DNA of 64,000 nt from the human T2T-CHM13v2.0 reference genome, Homo sapiens: assembly GCF_009914755.1 (NCBI RefSeq), contig NC_060937.1; one strand, given 5' to 3'. Positions 16,115 to 32,174 of the stretch are shown here, in pieces. The notes beneath the pieces are model-generated. The model had not been told where the DNA came from. It saw only the letters and a list, made by a program, of their open reading frames with translations, and made no database searches. The position numbers and the translations under genes are program-made. Numbering within the stretch: position 1 is the first letter of the stretch; every line of letters starts with the position of its first letter.

Positions 16115-16443
16115 TGTCTATGTCTGGGCTGCAATAACAGGATATCATAGATTAGGTGGCTTATAAACAATAGAAATCTATTTCTCACAGTTCTGGAGGC
16201 TGGGAAGCCCAAGATCAAGGTGTCAGCAGATCCGGTGTCTGGTGAGGGCCCACACCGTGGCTCATAGATGGCTGTGTTCGTACCGCATTTTCACAGAGTG
16301 TAAAGGGGGCAAGGGAGTGCTCCTGGCTCTTTTACAAGTCACTAAGCCTATTCATGAGACCCCTGCCTTCATGATCTAATTACCGGTGGATTAGGATTTA
16401 AACACATAAATTTCTGGAGGACACACACATTCAGTCTATAGCA
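16115..16443 (-). mobile_element. MLT1A-like MaLR solo LTR
   Basis: GGTGGCTTATAAACAATAGAAAT...CACAGTTCTGGAGGCTGGGAAG...ACATTCAGTCTATAGCA. Confidence 0.85.
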
Positions 16444-17689
16444 GATCTTAATCTAAACATCCCAAATGACATCATGAAGTGGAGCTACGAGGACTCTATT
16501 CAAAACAAGTCTGAAAATCAACTAGTTGCTTCAGTGTCTTCTCACTACAACCCCAACCTCAGTTCAACCCTCAAGCCTCATTCACTTCCCAAAATACCAG
16601 AAATGAATACCTCTGAGAACTTCCTAAGTACAATGTCAGATTGATTTAATACTCCAACTTGAATAGAACTTCATGTCCTATTATCTTTCCATAGCATTTG
16701 ATTGACATCTTCCCTGAGAAAGTAAGCAATTAGCAATTTTGAGCTAAAGAAAACATTACTGAAAATGTTGCTAGCGTAGAATAAGCAAAAAACTTTTAGA
16801 TCAATAATGCCTGTGGAACAACATAAAATGTGAACACTATCTAGAAAAAGAGTTACATGTATTATCACAGATATATAAGATTCATAGAGAATTTGTATCC
16901 TAGACCTATGAGAATTTATCTGATTCCTGAAGAATCCCAAAGGAGATTCCATGGCTTTTCACAACATTCCCAGGTAGCCCAGTTTAATGTTTACCTCTCT
17001 TACCGCTGACATAAAACACCTATTTAAAACCTGCCTACTGCAGCTTAATAGGCATCCTGTTTATTCTAATTTTGCCAAAACGAGGTCAGTGAAGATTTAA
17101 ACAGGGGATACAGTGCCTCTTAAGTGTCACCCAGTATAGCTGAGTGACACTTCAGAGGCAAAGTCTACCTTGTCTTAATTGCAGTCACAACCCTGAAACA
17201 TCTACAAAAACATATTCTAACAAAAAGTTAAAATGATTGGAGAGTTAGATAAATCCTTAAGATGTTTGTGAAAGAAAACTCTGCTTGAATAGAGGGCCTT
17301 ATATTCCACAATGAAACATCCTCACAAAGGCAGCTAAGAAATGAGCCCACTTGTAACAGCACAACCAGGAGCCAGGATAATTATGATGGAAACACTTTAT
17401 TTCAAATCATGAAAAGAGTTACACTTGATCTTCTTGTTAGCAGGGGCTGTGCAGACAGCAACATTTACTGTGAAATGTAAAGGCAGATAACAGCTGATTT
17501 GAAAGGGGATTGTGTAAATCTAGTTAAAGAGCAACTTTAGAAGATTATTTTCAATTACTAAGATAACATCATGGCTCTCAGAAAAAAAAAACGGAAAGGT
17601 TTGTTCTTTACACCACATACAGTGTACAAAATCTAACAAAAACGCCTGCTTTCAAGCAATAATATCAGCTAAGAGCTAATATGCCTTAC

Positions 17690-17747
17690 CTTCACTTTAT
17701 CCTCCTTCTTCAAGTTGTTTTCAATTATTTCTAACATTTCCTCATGT
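17690..17747 (-). other. Internal 58-nt leader exon of the minus-strand gene
   Basis: Acceptor TTTTTTGTTCACAG|A and donor AAG|GTAAGG. Purine-rich GAAGAAGGAGGA enhancer-like content. Unique sequence containing two ATGs. Confidence 0.75.
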
Positions 17748-18259
17748 CTGTGAACAAAAAAGTTACTTTTCAATCAGAAGAAACAGCTTAAAAAACACTG
17801 TCTCCTTCAAAATAATTACTAAAGCTTTTACATTTGCAAGTGCCAAATATACATAATCTGTGAGCCCTCTAAACTAGGGCTAAGGTCATGAGGTAAGAGT
17901 GCTTGCAACTTGGGGTTGATTAAAATGACATTTGCTTCACGGGCAGAACACTTAAATGAGAATGTCTGGGCCTTAGCCCCCACTCACGTCACCTTAACTG
18001 ATCCATAGGAACACGCCCTGACCTGTACATGGACCAAATGCAAGCTACACCTCTAGCTTAAATGGATAACCTTGTCAAGTGAAACTCCTAGTTGTCATAT
18101 TCCTCAACATGGCATATATAGAGGGTGCTAATGATGTATTTAGGGGGAAAAAAACTAAATAACAAAGAACCTAGTCTAAAGGAAAAACATCAAACTGGGA
18201 AGCAGAAAACCCTGTACTTTCCCAACTCTGTCATTTACAACCGACGTGACCTTTCCAAG

Positions 18260-18665
18260 CCTCATCTTCCTGTACTCTCCACATGTTCTCAACATCCCAC
18301 CCACTTAATACTATGCTCCCTGGACATACTGTGTTCTTCTGTGTCTCTGCTTTGAATGACCTCCACCTGGAGAGCCCCTTGGAGCCTAGCTTAGTTCCCT
18401 TGTCTATGAAAGGCACCCCAACTCCCTTGTCAGAATTAATCTGACACCCTGCTGTGCACCCCTCTAATGCTTGGTAATTATTTGCTTCCTAATGCTGATC
18501 ACACACTGTTAGTTATCTATAGCTATCCATTCCTCGAGTAGCTTAAGTGCTCCTCCAGGGCAGGGACATGTCATCTTTGTATATTCAGAGCTGCAGTAAC
18601 ATTAGGAAGCACTCAGTAAACACTTACGAAATAAACAATGAATCAATGAAGGAATGAATGACAAA
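18260..18665 (+). mobile_element. L2 3' fragment
   Basis: CTCCTCCAGGGCAGGGAC...GCACTCAGTAAAC...GAATGAATG. Confidence 0.65.
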
Positions 18666-20646
18666 CTGACTTCACCAACTTTCAATTTCATCACCTTTAT
18701 AACTCGGAAAATAATCATTACCCAGTTCGTTCAGAAATCATAGTGATCCAAAGATGCAATGATGCTTTTCACATCGTTAGGTAATGATTATAATAAAGAT
18801 AGTAATGTTAAAAAGTCATAACATACAAATAGAGTATGATGTCTTCACATACAGTCTGCCTATACTCAATTTCAGTATCTTTCTTCTCATAAAAAGAAAT
18901 TTAAATTTTAGCAAAAGGAGATACTTCATTGTCCAAAAAGTGTTCTTATGACACTAAAACTAAATCTCTAAAAGACAAAAGAATCATTAGTCATTTTATA
19001 TGTGCTTCTCCTTCCATTGATTAGCTGCATTTTTCCGCTTGGACATGTGGCTAGACACAGATTCTACTCTGTGATATGCACTGGACACTGCATATTCCAC
19101 TCCCGTGTTGCCACCTCAAAACATTCTAAAAGCAAAATTGCATTTATCTGGAAAAACAGGTCCCTGATGCACTAAAGGACTGAGGCAACCCTTTGAAGAA
19201 AGGGACTGAGGGATCCTGAAGGTGCACAGGAGCAGTGATAATGGTCTCATATTTCAACTGTAGGTAACTGCGGACTGTATGTTAAACATTTTCCTCTAAA
19301 GACCTACGTTCTTTCTAACCAAAACACTTTCTTGTCACAGAGAGAGAAAGAATTATCTTATTTGATTAAGGCTACTGCTGTAACAATAAATCCCAACACA
19401 GTTCATTCACTTGAGGAAGCATAGTATCCTAGCCACGCACTCAAGCCAAAGCACCACAATCGTCCCAGCCTCCGGGACAATGGGGTAGCACACTGCTACA
19501 GCTCAACTGTAGAAAGGTAAACTTTGGAGCACTGAAGTCTAAAAATGTATTCAGGGAACGGTTATGAGCTTGTATTTCATGATTATTTTAAGGTGACAAA
19601 TAATTAAAATTATATTCAAGTCCCAATGTTCCCATTGCTCAGAAGAGTAAAATAGACTTGGTTTCTAAATTTGTAGACACAGACAAGGTCAAGCTACGGA
19701 CAGTCAAAAACCATCCAAAAAAATTAAACTAATTTCATCATGGAACAGAAGAATGGGAATTGAGAATTCTCACTAAAAGGATGAAAAGGATATCCCAGCT
19801 GCAAGTTATCATAAGCTAGTTGGCCCATCATCTGCCCGGCTGCAGCTGTATCCAACTCTCAGCTCACCCAAAGAGATTCACGCTCTCATGGTGCCAAAAT
19901 GAATGTCTCTCTTAAAAAAAAAAAATTGCCCAATTGAAAATAACTCTCTAATCTGCATCCTTTCAATAGAACTGAAGTGCACTTCACCAACACAGAGCAC
20001 AGGCATCTTGAATTAGCAGAGAACTATTTTTAACACATGAAGGATACGATATGAAATTAGTTTCACGGGGAATGAGAACCTTGGAGATTATTTACTTTGC
20101 CTTAATTACTCTGACTCACCATTAATTTAGCTTTCCTAGGGCACTAAATATTTCACGCTAAGATTTTCAGTATAAAGAGACAGGAGCAAAAATTTGGAGC
20201 ACTGGAAGTTTGCAGTGGCATCTTCAACAATGAAACACAGATGTCCCCATTGGGCACTGAAGGCCATTCAAGTATGCACTGTTCAATGACATTTTTAGTT
20301 ACTGTTTCTGTGTTGTTTTTAACCTTGGGATCAGAACCTGTGCCCTGAAGTATGCAGGGAGCCAAACTTTATGCAGCTTCTGTTTTACTCCTCAGCCAAC
20401 AATATCACCAGTGTTCACAGCTACTCCCAGCAACTGCCAAATAGGGCAGGCAGCAATTGCCTCACGCCAAGGAGGGAAAAGTTTAGACTGTGCTTTAAAA
20501 GGAAGTTTCTAACAATCAGTGCAATTGGGCAATGAAGTCAATTCCCAATAAAGGTGACTAAGGAGACAGTACAGCAGATATGCTGTAATGGGTTCATTAG
20601 AGCATCAGTGGGAAATAATGCACTCAGCTTCCACCAAAGCACTTAC

Positions 20647-20960
20647 AGTGAGCAGGGTCTGTCATACACAGCTGGGCACTTGCCAAAGCCCTCTACTCTC
20701 CCCCATGGCTCTTAATCAGTTGTCCACTGGCAGACACCACAAACATGGGCAGTGCATAGCAGCCGGCAGGAGCCTGAGGGGAGCAATACACTGGATGCCA
20801 GATGCAATACCAGACTCACTAGGACCACTCAATCTGTCAGTGCCCTCCAGCTCCACCTGGCACTCAGCAATTAGAGATGAGGAGGAGGGAGAGAGACTAA
20901 GAGAGTCGGGGGGGAGCGGAGGGGGGCTTCTTTTAGTGGATGCCCACAAAGAACTGTTCC
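20647..20960 (-). promoter_or_regulatory. Candidate alternative promoter and first exon
   Basis: Repeat-free, GC-elevated block with a C-rich Sp/KLF/MAZ-like tract at about 20906-20927. Donors ACT|GTAAGT (last base 20647) and CTA|GTGAGT (last base 20820). Confidence 0.4.
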
Positions 20961-21227
20961 ATATTCTAAATGTCAAATGAACTGGTTCTGTATTACATAA
21001 CTCCATTCCAGTGAGCTTAAGCCATATTTTTCCCCACTAAGTACTCTACAACCTAACATTTTCCTTCTTACATACATACATTTTTACTCTGATAAAGTTG
21101 TGCTTTCATTTATGTTGTGCTTTTCCTCCTTTTTGATTACTGTTTAATTGTTCTATATCCTTCTAGCATTCTGAACCCAAAAAACCATAGCAGACAAGTT
21201 CAGACATCTCCAAATCTTCACCAGTCA

Positions 21228-21590
<363 letters not shown>

Positions 21591-23635
21591 TTAATTTGAC
21601 AATAATAAGTACTAACATTTCTTTAGCATATTTACAGCTTTAAAACATACATACACCATATTACTTTATCTCATCTATTTTTACCACTTGGCCTCTTTCC
21701 ATGTTTCTCATGCTCATGAATACTCCCAACTAGCAGTCACTTTTCACAAGTAAGCCTGTTCACTTTGTCATTGTCAATCCGATTTCCTCGTTGTCTGCCT
21801 AGGTCACAAACCTTACTTGGGCCATTTACACTTTCAGTCACTTATCATTTACAATTATTAGGTGAATCTCTCCAATGCCATATCTCAATTTCAATACTTA
21901 ACACTGTGTTGCTTATTTTCTAGTATCAGTGAAAATAAAATAAACAAATTGCTATTAGTTAATTTCTATTTGAGGAGAGAAGAAGCAACATGGTGAACAA
22001 TGTGGTAAAGGAAGGTGTTCAGAACTCTTGCTGCTTCTATTTACCAGCTATCACAGTGGGCAAGTTGCTTAATCTATGTTTTGGCTTCCTCTTATTGTCA
22101 TTAGAAAGGCTGCCATGAGGATTGAATAGGATGACATATGCAACTGTGCCTGAAGATACTCAAAAGACATTACCCATAACACTGAATCTTCTGCTAGGTT
22201 TCTAAATGCCCTCTCCTTCACATTAATAAAGGCTACTATAGCGAATAGCACCCCTCTGCCACTGGGTCCCCACAAGTGTGCCACCCTAATGAGCTTCCCC
22301 ATTCACTTCCTCAAAAGGATGACCAAGGCACACTAAGTGTTGCCACCCAGAAATCACTGATTTCTAAGTTAATTTTTTTTTTTACTAAATTCAACTGCAA
22401 GAATTTCAGAAAAACTACAGTTGAGAGCAGAGAGTAAGTGCATAGATGGCCATTAGCTCCAAGCACTTTCAATTATGCTTCACTGGTCTTTACATCCTAT
22501 ACTGGAATGGAGAAGGAGATAGTAACAGACTGACTGCAGAGCAAGCATGTATTGACAGCAAGATACAGGTGGCCACTCAGGGGCTCCCAAATAGTCTATC
22601 TCTAGGCCATCACCCACCAAGCACTAGGCTTATGGCTGGTAGAATACATTCCTCTCCATCCCTTTCTCTTTGCCTTCCTCGTGAAACACTTAAAAACCAC
22701 AGGAGCTTTGATTAACCTCAAATGATGTCAGTTCCAATTTGTCATGCTCAGAGAAATTGTGACACCTGAAATTCTGCTTTAATTCTGAAGCCTCCACTTA
22801 AAGGTTCAGAGACTTAAAAACAAAAGCTCACAACAGGCAGTTGAGGGATATCAACGCCTAACTGGCAATAGTGTAGTTTCATGGCTTAGATGGCTTATGT
22901 AAAATGCAAAAGGAGCGTATCTTTTGATCCAGCAATTTCTCTAATAAGAATTTACCCAAATGAGATAATTGCCCAAGTGTAGAATGGTATACATGCAAGT
23001 ATGCTTAGAGCAGCAATGAATTTTAGAATGAAAAATTGGAAACAAATGTCTATCAGTAAATCTAGAGTAAACTCTAACAAACACCATTAGCTGCCTAGTC
23101 AGTGAGGCATTTCCGCTTCTTCTTTAACAAAACTCTTAGTTTCCAATTCATGAAGTTTGGACGAAGTTAGCATATGCTTCTACCCAGATCTGAGACAATG
23201 AGAAAATGGCATTCCCCCTGGTCACATGACCTACAATGGTGTAAGTAGAAGGAGTAAAAGAAGAGAAGCTCTTTTTCTCTGGAAAGTTAATGTGCTCCTA
23301 GAGATGCAGAAATTTTGCTACCATTAGGAGCATGAAAAAGAGTAAGAAATAGACAATTATAAAGAAAGAAATCCTATATCCTGATTAAATCATGCCTGAA
23401 TCCCCTACCCACTGGATTTTTCAGTATGTTCTATTTATGCTAGTTTGCCCTGGGAAATGTATTACAATGAAAGGCATCCAATAAAAGTATTCAAGTCATT
23501 AAAAATTTTATTTATTGACATGGAGAGAGGCCCATTACATGTTATTATGAGTTATTATGAAAAAATGGATTATATAATAGTACATACAACAAAAATCTCA
23601 TTTATTTACTTTATCTGCATATAGTATACGTATGT

Positions 23636-23636
<1 letters not shown>

Positions 23637-23673
<37 letters not shown>
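23637..23673. repeat. (CA)n microsatellite within a degenerate L1M fragment
   Basis: About 18 perfect CA units. Confidence 0.95.
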
Positions 23674-23677
<4 letters not shown>

Positions 23678-24713
23678 TCAAGAGATATGCCTGGATATAT
23701 CAACAATGGTTATCTCTAGTAGGAATTCTGAGTAATTTTACTTTCTTTTTGTATTCTTCTACAGTGTTTACCCGGGTGCAACAACAGCATTTTTGTGGGA
23801 GAAAAATAAGCTTCTAAAAACTAGCTATTTACTGATTCTGTCTGTCTCTAGTGTGAAATAAATGGATGGCTTTGCTTCATATCCCTCTCCAAACTTGTGT
23901 TCCAGGAGAAAAAAAAAATCAAGAAAACTAGCCAGGCACTCAAATTATTATTTCATTATAAAATTCCATGATGAAGCAATGAAACCCCTTTCAGATCTGA
24001 ATTTATACATGCTGAAAAAGAAACACAGCCAGCGGTACCTAAGTGTCTTTCCAGAAGAGTGGAAATAACATTAATCAAAATGAAACATCCTACAGAAGCT
24101 GAACACTTCTTATCCCAAAAAGAGAGAATCCAAGGCGGGAGGGCAGAGGCATAGACAGAGCAATGACACAGCTGCCTCCAGAAAGAGCAGGAACCTTTGA
24201 GGCCACGTAAAAGCTGCAAAGGGGTTCTCAGCACTATCATATTAGACAGATGGTACCTCCCTGACTGTCGCTAGGTATCCACATCTTTTTTTGTGTGGGA
24301 TAAACCCCCGAGGACCTAACCCACCCATCAGTAAAGGAGCCTTATTCTAGTCACTCCAGGCTCTCCAAAGGTAATAATTTCAAGGAAATTAGAAGACTAG
24401 ATGTTCTCTGTGACCTCTTTCAGTTCTACAATTATAACTTAATTAATTAAGTACATTATATACATTTTGTGAAGAGAGATTCTTTGAAAGACTTTTGAAA
24501 AACATGGGTTAGAGACATCTGAGTGCTGTAGATTCAGGCTGGAAGTGACAGGTCTAAGAGGTAACAGTGGGTTTAGAAATATCTACCAAAGGCAAACAGA
24601 AGTCAAAGATAAAAATCTCTATTTGTTTACTGGTGATTTTTTACCAGAGTTTGTAGAATCTTCCCAAAAAGTTCTCAAAAACTCTGGCTTCTAAAATCAG
24701 TTCATTGGTGTGA

Positions 24714-25012
<299 letters not shown>

Positions 25013-25393
25013 GCATTGGTGTGATATCTCTTTAAAGTAAAAGGAATCTTATAAAGTAACTGCAAAGATAGTAGGATAATTTCCATCAGTTCCAAAGTTA
25101 ATTTCTAGCAGTTATTTGTTGCTTTTACAATAAATTACTACACTACTTACATGGTATTTCATGATACTGGCATTATTCACAGTCAGACACTATTTTGTTC
25201 TGAGAAAGTCACGGTACTCAAAGAAGATAATCTAAAATAAACACCAAGTATCAAATTGTCTATACTACATGTTGGCTTTGGGATCAAGTTAAAGATGCTT
25301 CCCCAAAAAGCATTCCTCCCACTCAAAATTACAAGCATGCACTAGGTTATCCATTTGTCTATTCTGTGTCTGATTGTAATTCCCTCCCACCTA

Positions 25394-25722
<329 letters not shown>

Positions 25723-25999
25723 AGAAGGAAAGAGAAGAGAAGACAATACTGAGTGGTTCTCAAACTTCAGTTCCAACAAGAATCCTTTATGGACTATCTT
25801 CAGCGTTCTGCATCAGTAGCTTGAGATGGGCTGCTAGCTATAATTTTAAAAACAACCTAGATAGATCTGAATAGTGTATGGATCACCCTTTGTGAAACAA
25901 TGATGTAGATCATTACAAGAGGATTTTGTCCCCCTTACAGATAATCAAACCTGATCCTATGACTCTATCCTGGATGATTCTACTCTTCTCTACATTTAT

Positions 26000-26850
26000 G
26001 GTCACTATTCTTGTCCCTTGTCCAGGAACCCACCACCATCTATTCCTGCACTTGAAAATAATTTCCAAATTAGTTCTCTTGTTTCTAGTCTTGCCCTCTC
26101 CAATCTCTCCTCCAGAAACCTGCCAGAAGGGTTTTATGTATTACAAATCAGACCACATCACTTCCCTTAAAACCCTTCAATGACTGCTTAAGGAGTATAG
26201 GATTTCCTTTTGGTGGCTGCACAATATTGTGAATATACTAAATGCCACTGAATTGTTCACTTTAAAATGGTTCATTTTGTGTCATGTGAATTTCACCTCA
26301 TTTTTTTTACATGGCAGACAAAAGCAAAAGCAAAAACACTTCAGTGGCTCTCCACTGCACATAGGAGAAAATCCAAAGTCCCCAGCATGGTTTACTAGGT
26401 CCAGCATAATTGGGTCCTAACCTCCACCTCAGCAGCCTTGTTCCTGCCACTGTTCACCCTTTCTCTCTATACTCTCCAGCCACACTGGCCTCCTTCTGGT
26501 TTCTAAAAGCCAAGCTTTCACACATCTGGACTTCATACTTGGGACTCTCACCTGGATAACCCCAACCACCCTTCAGGTATGAATTTATAAATTACTCTTC
26601 CATATAAGCCTCCTCTGTCACTTCACCCTCATTATGCCCTTTCAGAGAAACCCAGTTTTTTCAAAGTACTTATCATAAGATCCAATTACATAATTACTGT
26701 TCTGTTTATCTGTTTGATGTATTTTCCAGTAAACTGTAGACTCCCAAGACAGGAATGCTGCTTATTTTGTTCACCACTATGTTCCCAGCATCTCATGTGA
26801 ACTTGGCACAACAAATACCTATTCATTAGGCACGCACAATGAATATCTAG
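26000..26850 (+). mobile_element. L2 fragment with a small L1MB-like 3' piece at about 26185-26310
   Basis: CAAATCAGACCACATCACTTCCCTTAAAACCCTTCAATG; CTCCAGCCACACTGGCCTCC; ACTGTAGACTCC. Insert ATGCCACTGAATTGTTCACTTTAAAATGG. Confidence 0.7.
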
Positions 26851-27794
26851 CATGCTTTTCTCCAAAAACATTAAATCTCTACAAAATGATTAAAGGCCTA
26901 TAATCGCAATATGATATGAAAAATAAAATGTTAGTTATTCTAAAATTCATAATAACTAGATGAGGAAACTCAGAAACTTCTTAGAATCAGCTCAATATAG
27001 AGTACATCCACCAAGCACAGAAAACAGCTTCTCTAACTTCTACAGCACCTACTTTGTGATGCTTGATAGAATCAAGTCTCTAATGCCCAAGAAAATTCCA
27101 CTTAAAAACTCTCTCTTCATGCCACAGCACATTACTAAGTAATAAGGAAAGAAACATTGTGTACATCTCTGCAGAAAGATACAACTGAAATGGATCAAAG
27201 ACTAGAATTCAGAAGGATGTCAGGAGAAACTGTTAGCTACTTTCACATAGGCATGACTTTCTTGAAAAAGGGTGTATAGAGTACTACCAGAAAATAAGGG
27301 CTCTGGACTTAGTCGGTTCTGAGAGATAAAGAAAACGGAAAATGGAGAAGAAACTCACATAAAGGCAGGCATAATTGGTGTTTTGTTACTAAACAAACTG
27401 CTCTTCAGTGATTATAGGTGTGCACGTGATTGATTTTTTCCAATCTTGCACTTGTATTAACTAGAACCCTAATTTGTCCATGAGGCTGAAGTGTGTCTTA
27501 ATTACTTGCCTTCAAAGCTTATGCCCATTTAAAATAAGCTGATTTCTTTTCCATTGTCAGTTCACTCAGAGCCACCTAATCCACAATCCTCCCGCCCAGC
27601 ACTCACCACTTCTGATCATTATGGAGAGCAGAGGCAAGGGATGGCCTTACAGACAGGTTCCAAAAAGATCCACCTATTCATAACTGTGTGCACCAGCCCA
27701 CAACACATCCCCCAGCCCTGCTCTCACTGCAAGGGCAACAAAACATCAAAACCTGAACACATTTACCATCCATGCCACAAGCCACAAGCAATCT

Positions 27795-28393
<599 letters not shown>

Positions 28394-29579
28394 CAAAGGT
28401 GATTTTTCAGTACTTGAGTTTTCTTCTGCTAAAGCTTTGAGTTTTCCCAGGCCTCAGGTCAGTAGACCTGGTGGTGATCTGCATGGCTACTAATTTTAAG
28501 ATTATTCCCATGTGTGCTACAATGCCTAAACTGCTCCTGGCATCTGAGGATGGAGTGCCCACGATTGGGTGGTTGATGTGCCCTTTTGAACATCTTAGAG
28601 ATAGCGCTAAAGCTTGTTCTTAATTGAGGCTCCAGCTTCCTGCTCTCTCTGCTTGACTTGGGGCCCCCGGAGAAAGAATGAAGCTGCTAGGGGGGCCTAC
28701 ACGGTTGCAACCAATAAAACCTCTTTCCAACAGAGACAGGGAGCCTGAAGAGTCACCACAATGCCCCACTGCCACCCCTAAGGAATTCAAGTTGCTCTTT
28801 TGTGCCTCCTTCCTTAAGGCAGTGTGTGTGACCACTATGGTGGCCCCCAGCTTTGCTCCATTGACAGACCTTCTTAATTTGCCTTGTTTGAAGATGCTAC
28901 TTGAGGCCTGTTTTTTCTTAACCAAGCATTCTTATTAATGTTCTTGACATTGTTTTTATGATATAACCACATATACTTCCGGAGGCAATAAGGTGGAGGA
29001 GGCTGATAATACTATAAAAAGTATTTTCATGCAGTAAAGTGCCAGCCAAACCAAACCCTATGGAGCAGAGGTATGAACTGAAAGCCAACATACATTTAGG
29101 AGTGAATCATAAGACCAATATGTTAGTATGTTAATGGTATAATACATAAGAGATGAGTAAGAACTGCTGGTAGAAAATAAGATAGGGAGTGTTAGCAAAT
29201 GAGGGTTTGAAGGACAGAATAACAAAGACATTGGAGGGAGATTGCCAAGTTGACAAACATGTATGAAAAAGAGGTGCTTGGAAACCACAGTCGAGGAGGG
29301 AATGAAGAATCAGCAAAGGGACAGAGATTCCTAGTGGCAGGGGTGAAGTTATAAATGCAGGTAACGTCTACCCCACCTGGAACTAGTAAGATTTTTTTGG
29401 AGTGGAAGAAGCTACAATGTCAGAAGACAAAAAATCTCACCAGATTTATAACATTCCCATGCTTTGAGGAACTGGGGAATGTCTAATTAGGAAAACAGAA
29501 ATACCTTCAAGATTTTCCACTGAGGAAATTAAATGCAGAGAATTGACTACTCAGGTGATGGAGGTGCAGACAGCCTACC

Positions 29580-29960
29580 ACCAGATAGTGAGGTAATCTA
29601 GAGATTAGCATGAACAGGAAGCACTACCTCCCCTGGACTATAGCAGGAAGTAGTATTGCTGGAATCTGTGGGACAAAGTCACTAGTAAGCAGCTAGAACC
29701 AGAGAAGGTCTGTTGAGCACAAGCTGTGCTACAGACGTGAATTCCCATTGCCAGGGATGCTACCCACAGCTAGGGAAAAAAAAAAAAAATCCTGCATCAC
29801 CCTTTTCCCTGCGGTCTCCCACCAGTGCCTCCCAAGGGTAAAACACAGCAAGCCAGCTGACTCAGAAATCTGAGAAAGCAGCCTGCAGGGGTGAGCCCTT
29901 CATATACAGAGAGGAGGAAGGAAGAGCAAGGAATGCTGTACCCAACACCAGAGAGGAGGA
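29580..29960 (-). mobile_element. LTR33-like ERVL LTR relic
   Basis: GGAAGCACTACCTCCCCTGG...GGTCTCCCACCAGTGCCTCCC...GCAAGCCAG...GAGCCCTTC resembles the recalled consensus. Confidence 0.5.
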
Positions 29961-30349
29961 TAGAAATGCTGGTGAAAGGAAGAGGAGTTCCAGTGAGCTT
30001 GAATAAGAAGCTCCTTTTACAATAGGCATACTTTAAAAAGGTTCGCTTGTTGCCATACAATGGTCACCAGGGGATAAATAAACTAGAAGTTCTACCTTCT
30101 GGAATAGCTGACTGACCTTCCTGCCACATTCAAGCGGCCCCTGATGCTGCTATGCAGAATCCACATTGGAAGGGGTTGGGGAATTTATTCTCTGTTACGC
30201 TTTCTTCAGTTACAATTAAGTCAGGACTAGTCCAAACACGTGAAAAAAATTCTTAAGAAAAATTCTACACTAAAAAAGGCTGACTTTTAAAATGAGAAAT
30301 ATAATAGTCCATAAAAGTAAATACATATGTGCGCACACACGTACACACA

Positions 30350-30835
<486 letters not shown>

Positions 30836-32174
30836 ATAAGTATGTACATAATATCCACAATTAACAAGGCTTCTTCTTTTCTACTGTGTATCCGGGGCCC
30901 CTTACACTCACATGCTCAGTATTTCTACTGTCAGCACTCTTTTGTTCTCGCTGATAAGCAAAGCCCAGTAAGCTCTTTGCTGACCCACTCCACCACTTCT
31001 TATAATTTGGTCTTTTCTTTGTCATTGACTCAAAACTACTTTTGCAAAAATATGGGGATGATGTTGGGTTACTATTGTTTGATTATTCAGCCTTTGCATT
31101 TCTAACTATAGAGAGAGCCAGAATATTAGTATTCCTACATGGGACAATTAGAAGCCTGCCTTATCTTATTTCATATCTTCTAACAAGCTTCAACCTCTTC
31201 ATTTCATAATTAAGCATTCAATTCAAAACAGCTCTCTTTACAGATTTATGTTTTCTTTCTCTCACTCTCTTTACCCCTTTATCCCCTTTGGGAGCTAGTG
31301 GCCTAAGAACTGGCAGGAAAAATTGCAGTCAAAAGCTTGGCATTATGACAGAACAAGAGGAAAAAAAGCAACCCCACCCCCAGCTACCACTCATTCACTT
31401 AGCTAAAATATAGGCTATCAAAGCATCAGGGAAAACAACAGATACAAATGCACAGAGTCATACTAGGTCTTCCAGAAACTGATGGTGGATGAAAATCACC
31501 TCTTCGCCAAGAGCAAGGGGGGAAAAATCACTATTCATCACAAAATGATGCACCACAGATCTCTCTTCAGCTCTCCTTCTCTACAACTCCACAAATCCTT
31601 CCCGTAAAATATAACTTTCTTCCTTTAATGATCTGATAGTGAATTATTCATACTCTTCAATTTATCTTTCCTTCTTTTATTTATGCTCAGACATGTACTA
31701 CTTGACTGTAAAAAGCCTAAGATTATAGATTATAGGCAAGACAGAGGATTCCCAGCCCTTTCAGGGGTGCCAAGTCCAATGGGCAGGGCAGGGCAGGGCA
31801 ACAGGACGAGGTGGAGGGCTAACACTCATCTGGGGAATGGCAGGTAAGTGACCACATGGCACAGGCCTCTATGTCATGCTGACTGTTTTAGAGAATCCAT
31901 CTCAAATCCTTTCCGTACCTCCATCCCCACAGTTATACCTTAGCTTAGGTACTCATGATTGTCTGAGCAGTGCCACTTCCTAGCTGGTCTCCATGTCCCC
32001 AACTCCTCCTCCATCAATCCATTTCCCACACATCTGCCAGAATCATCTTTCTAAGCTGCAAATCTAAGGAGCAATGCCCTCATCAGTAGGTCTCTATCAC
32101 CTGAGGCCAGGTCTCCCAAACTTGCCTCGTTATTTAAAAAAAAAAAAAAAAAAAAAGCAGATTCTTCCATATCT

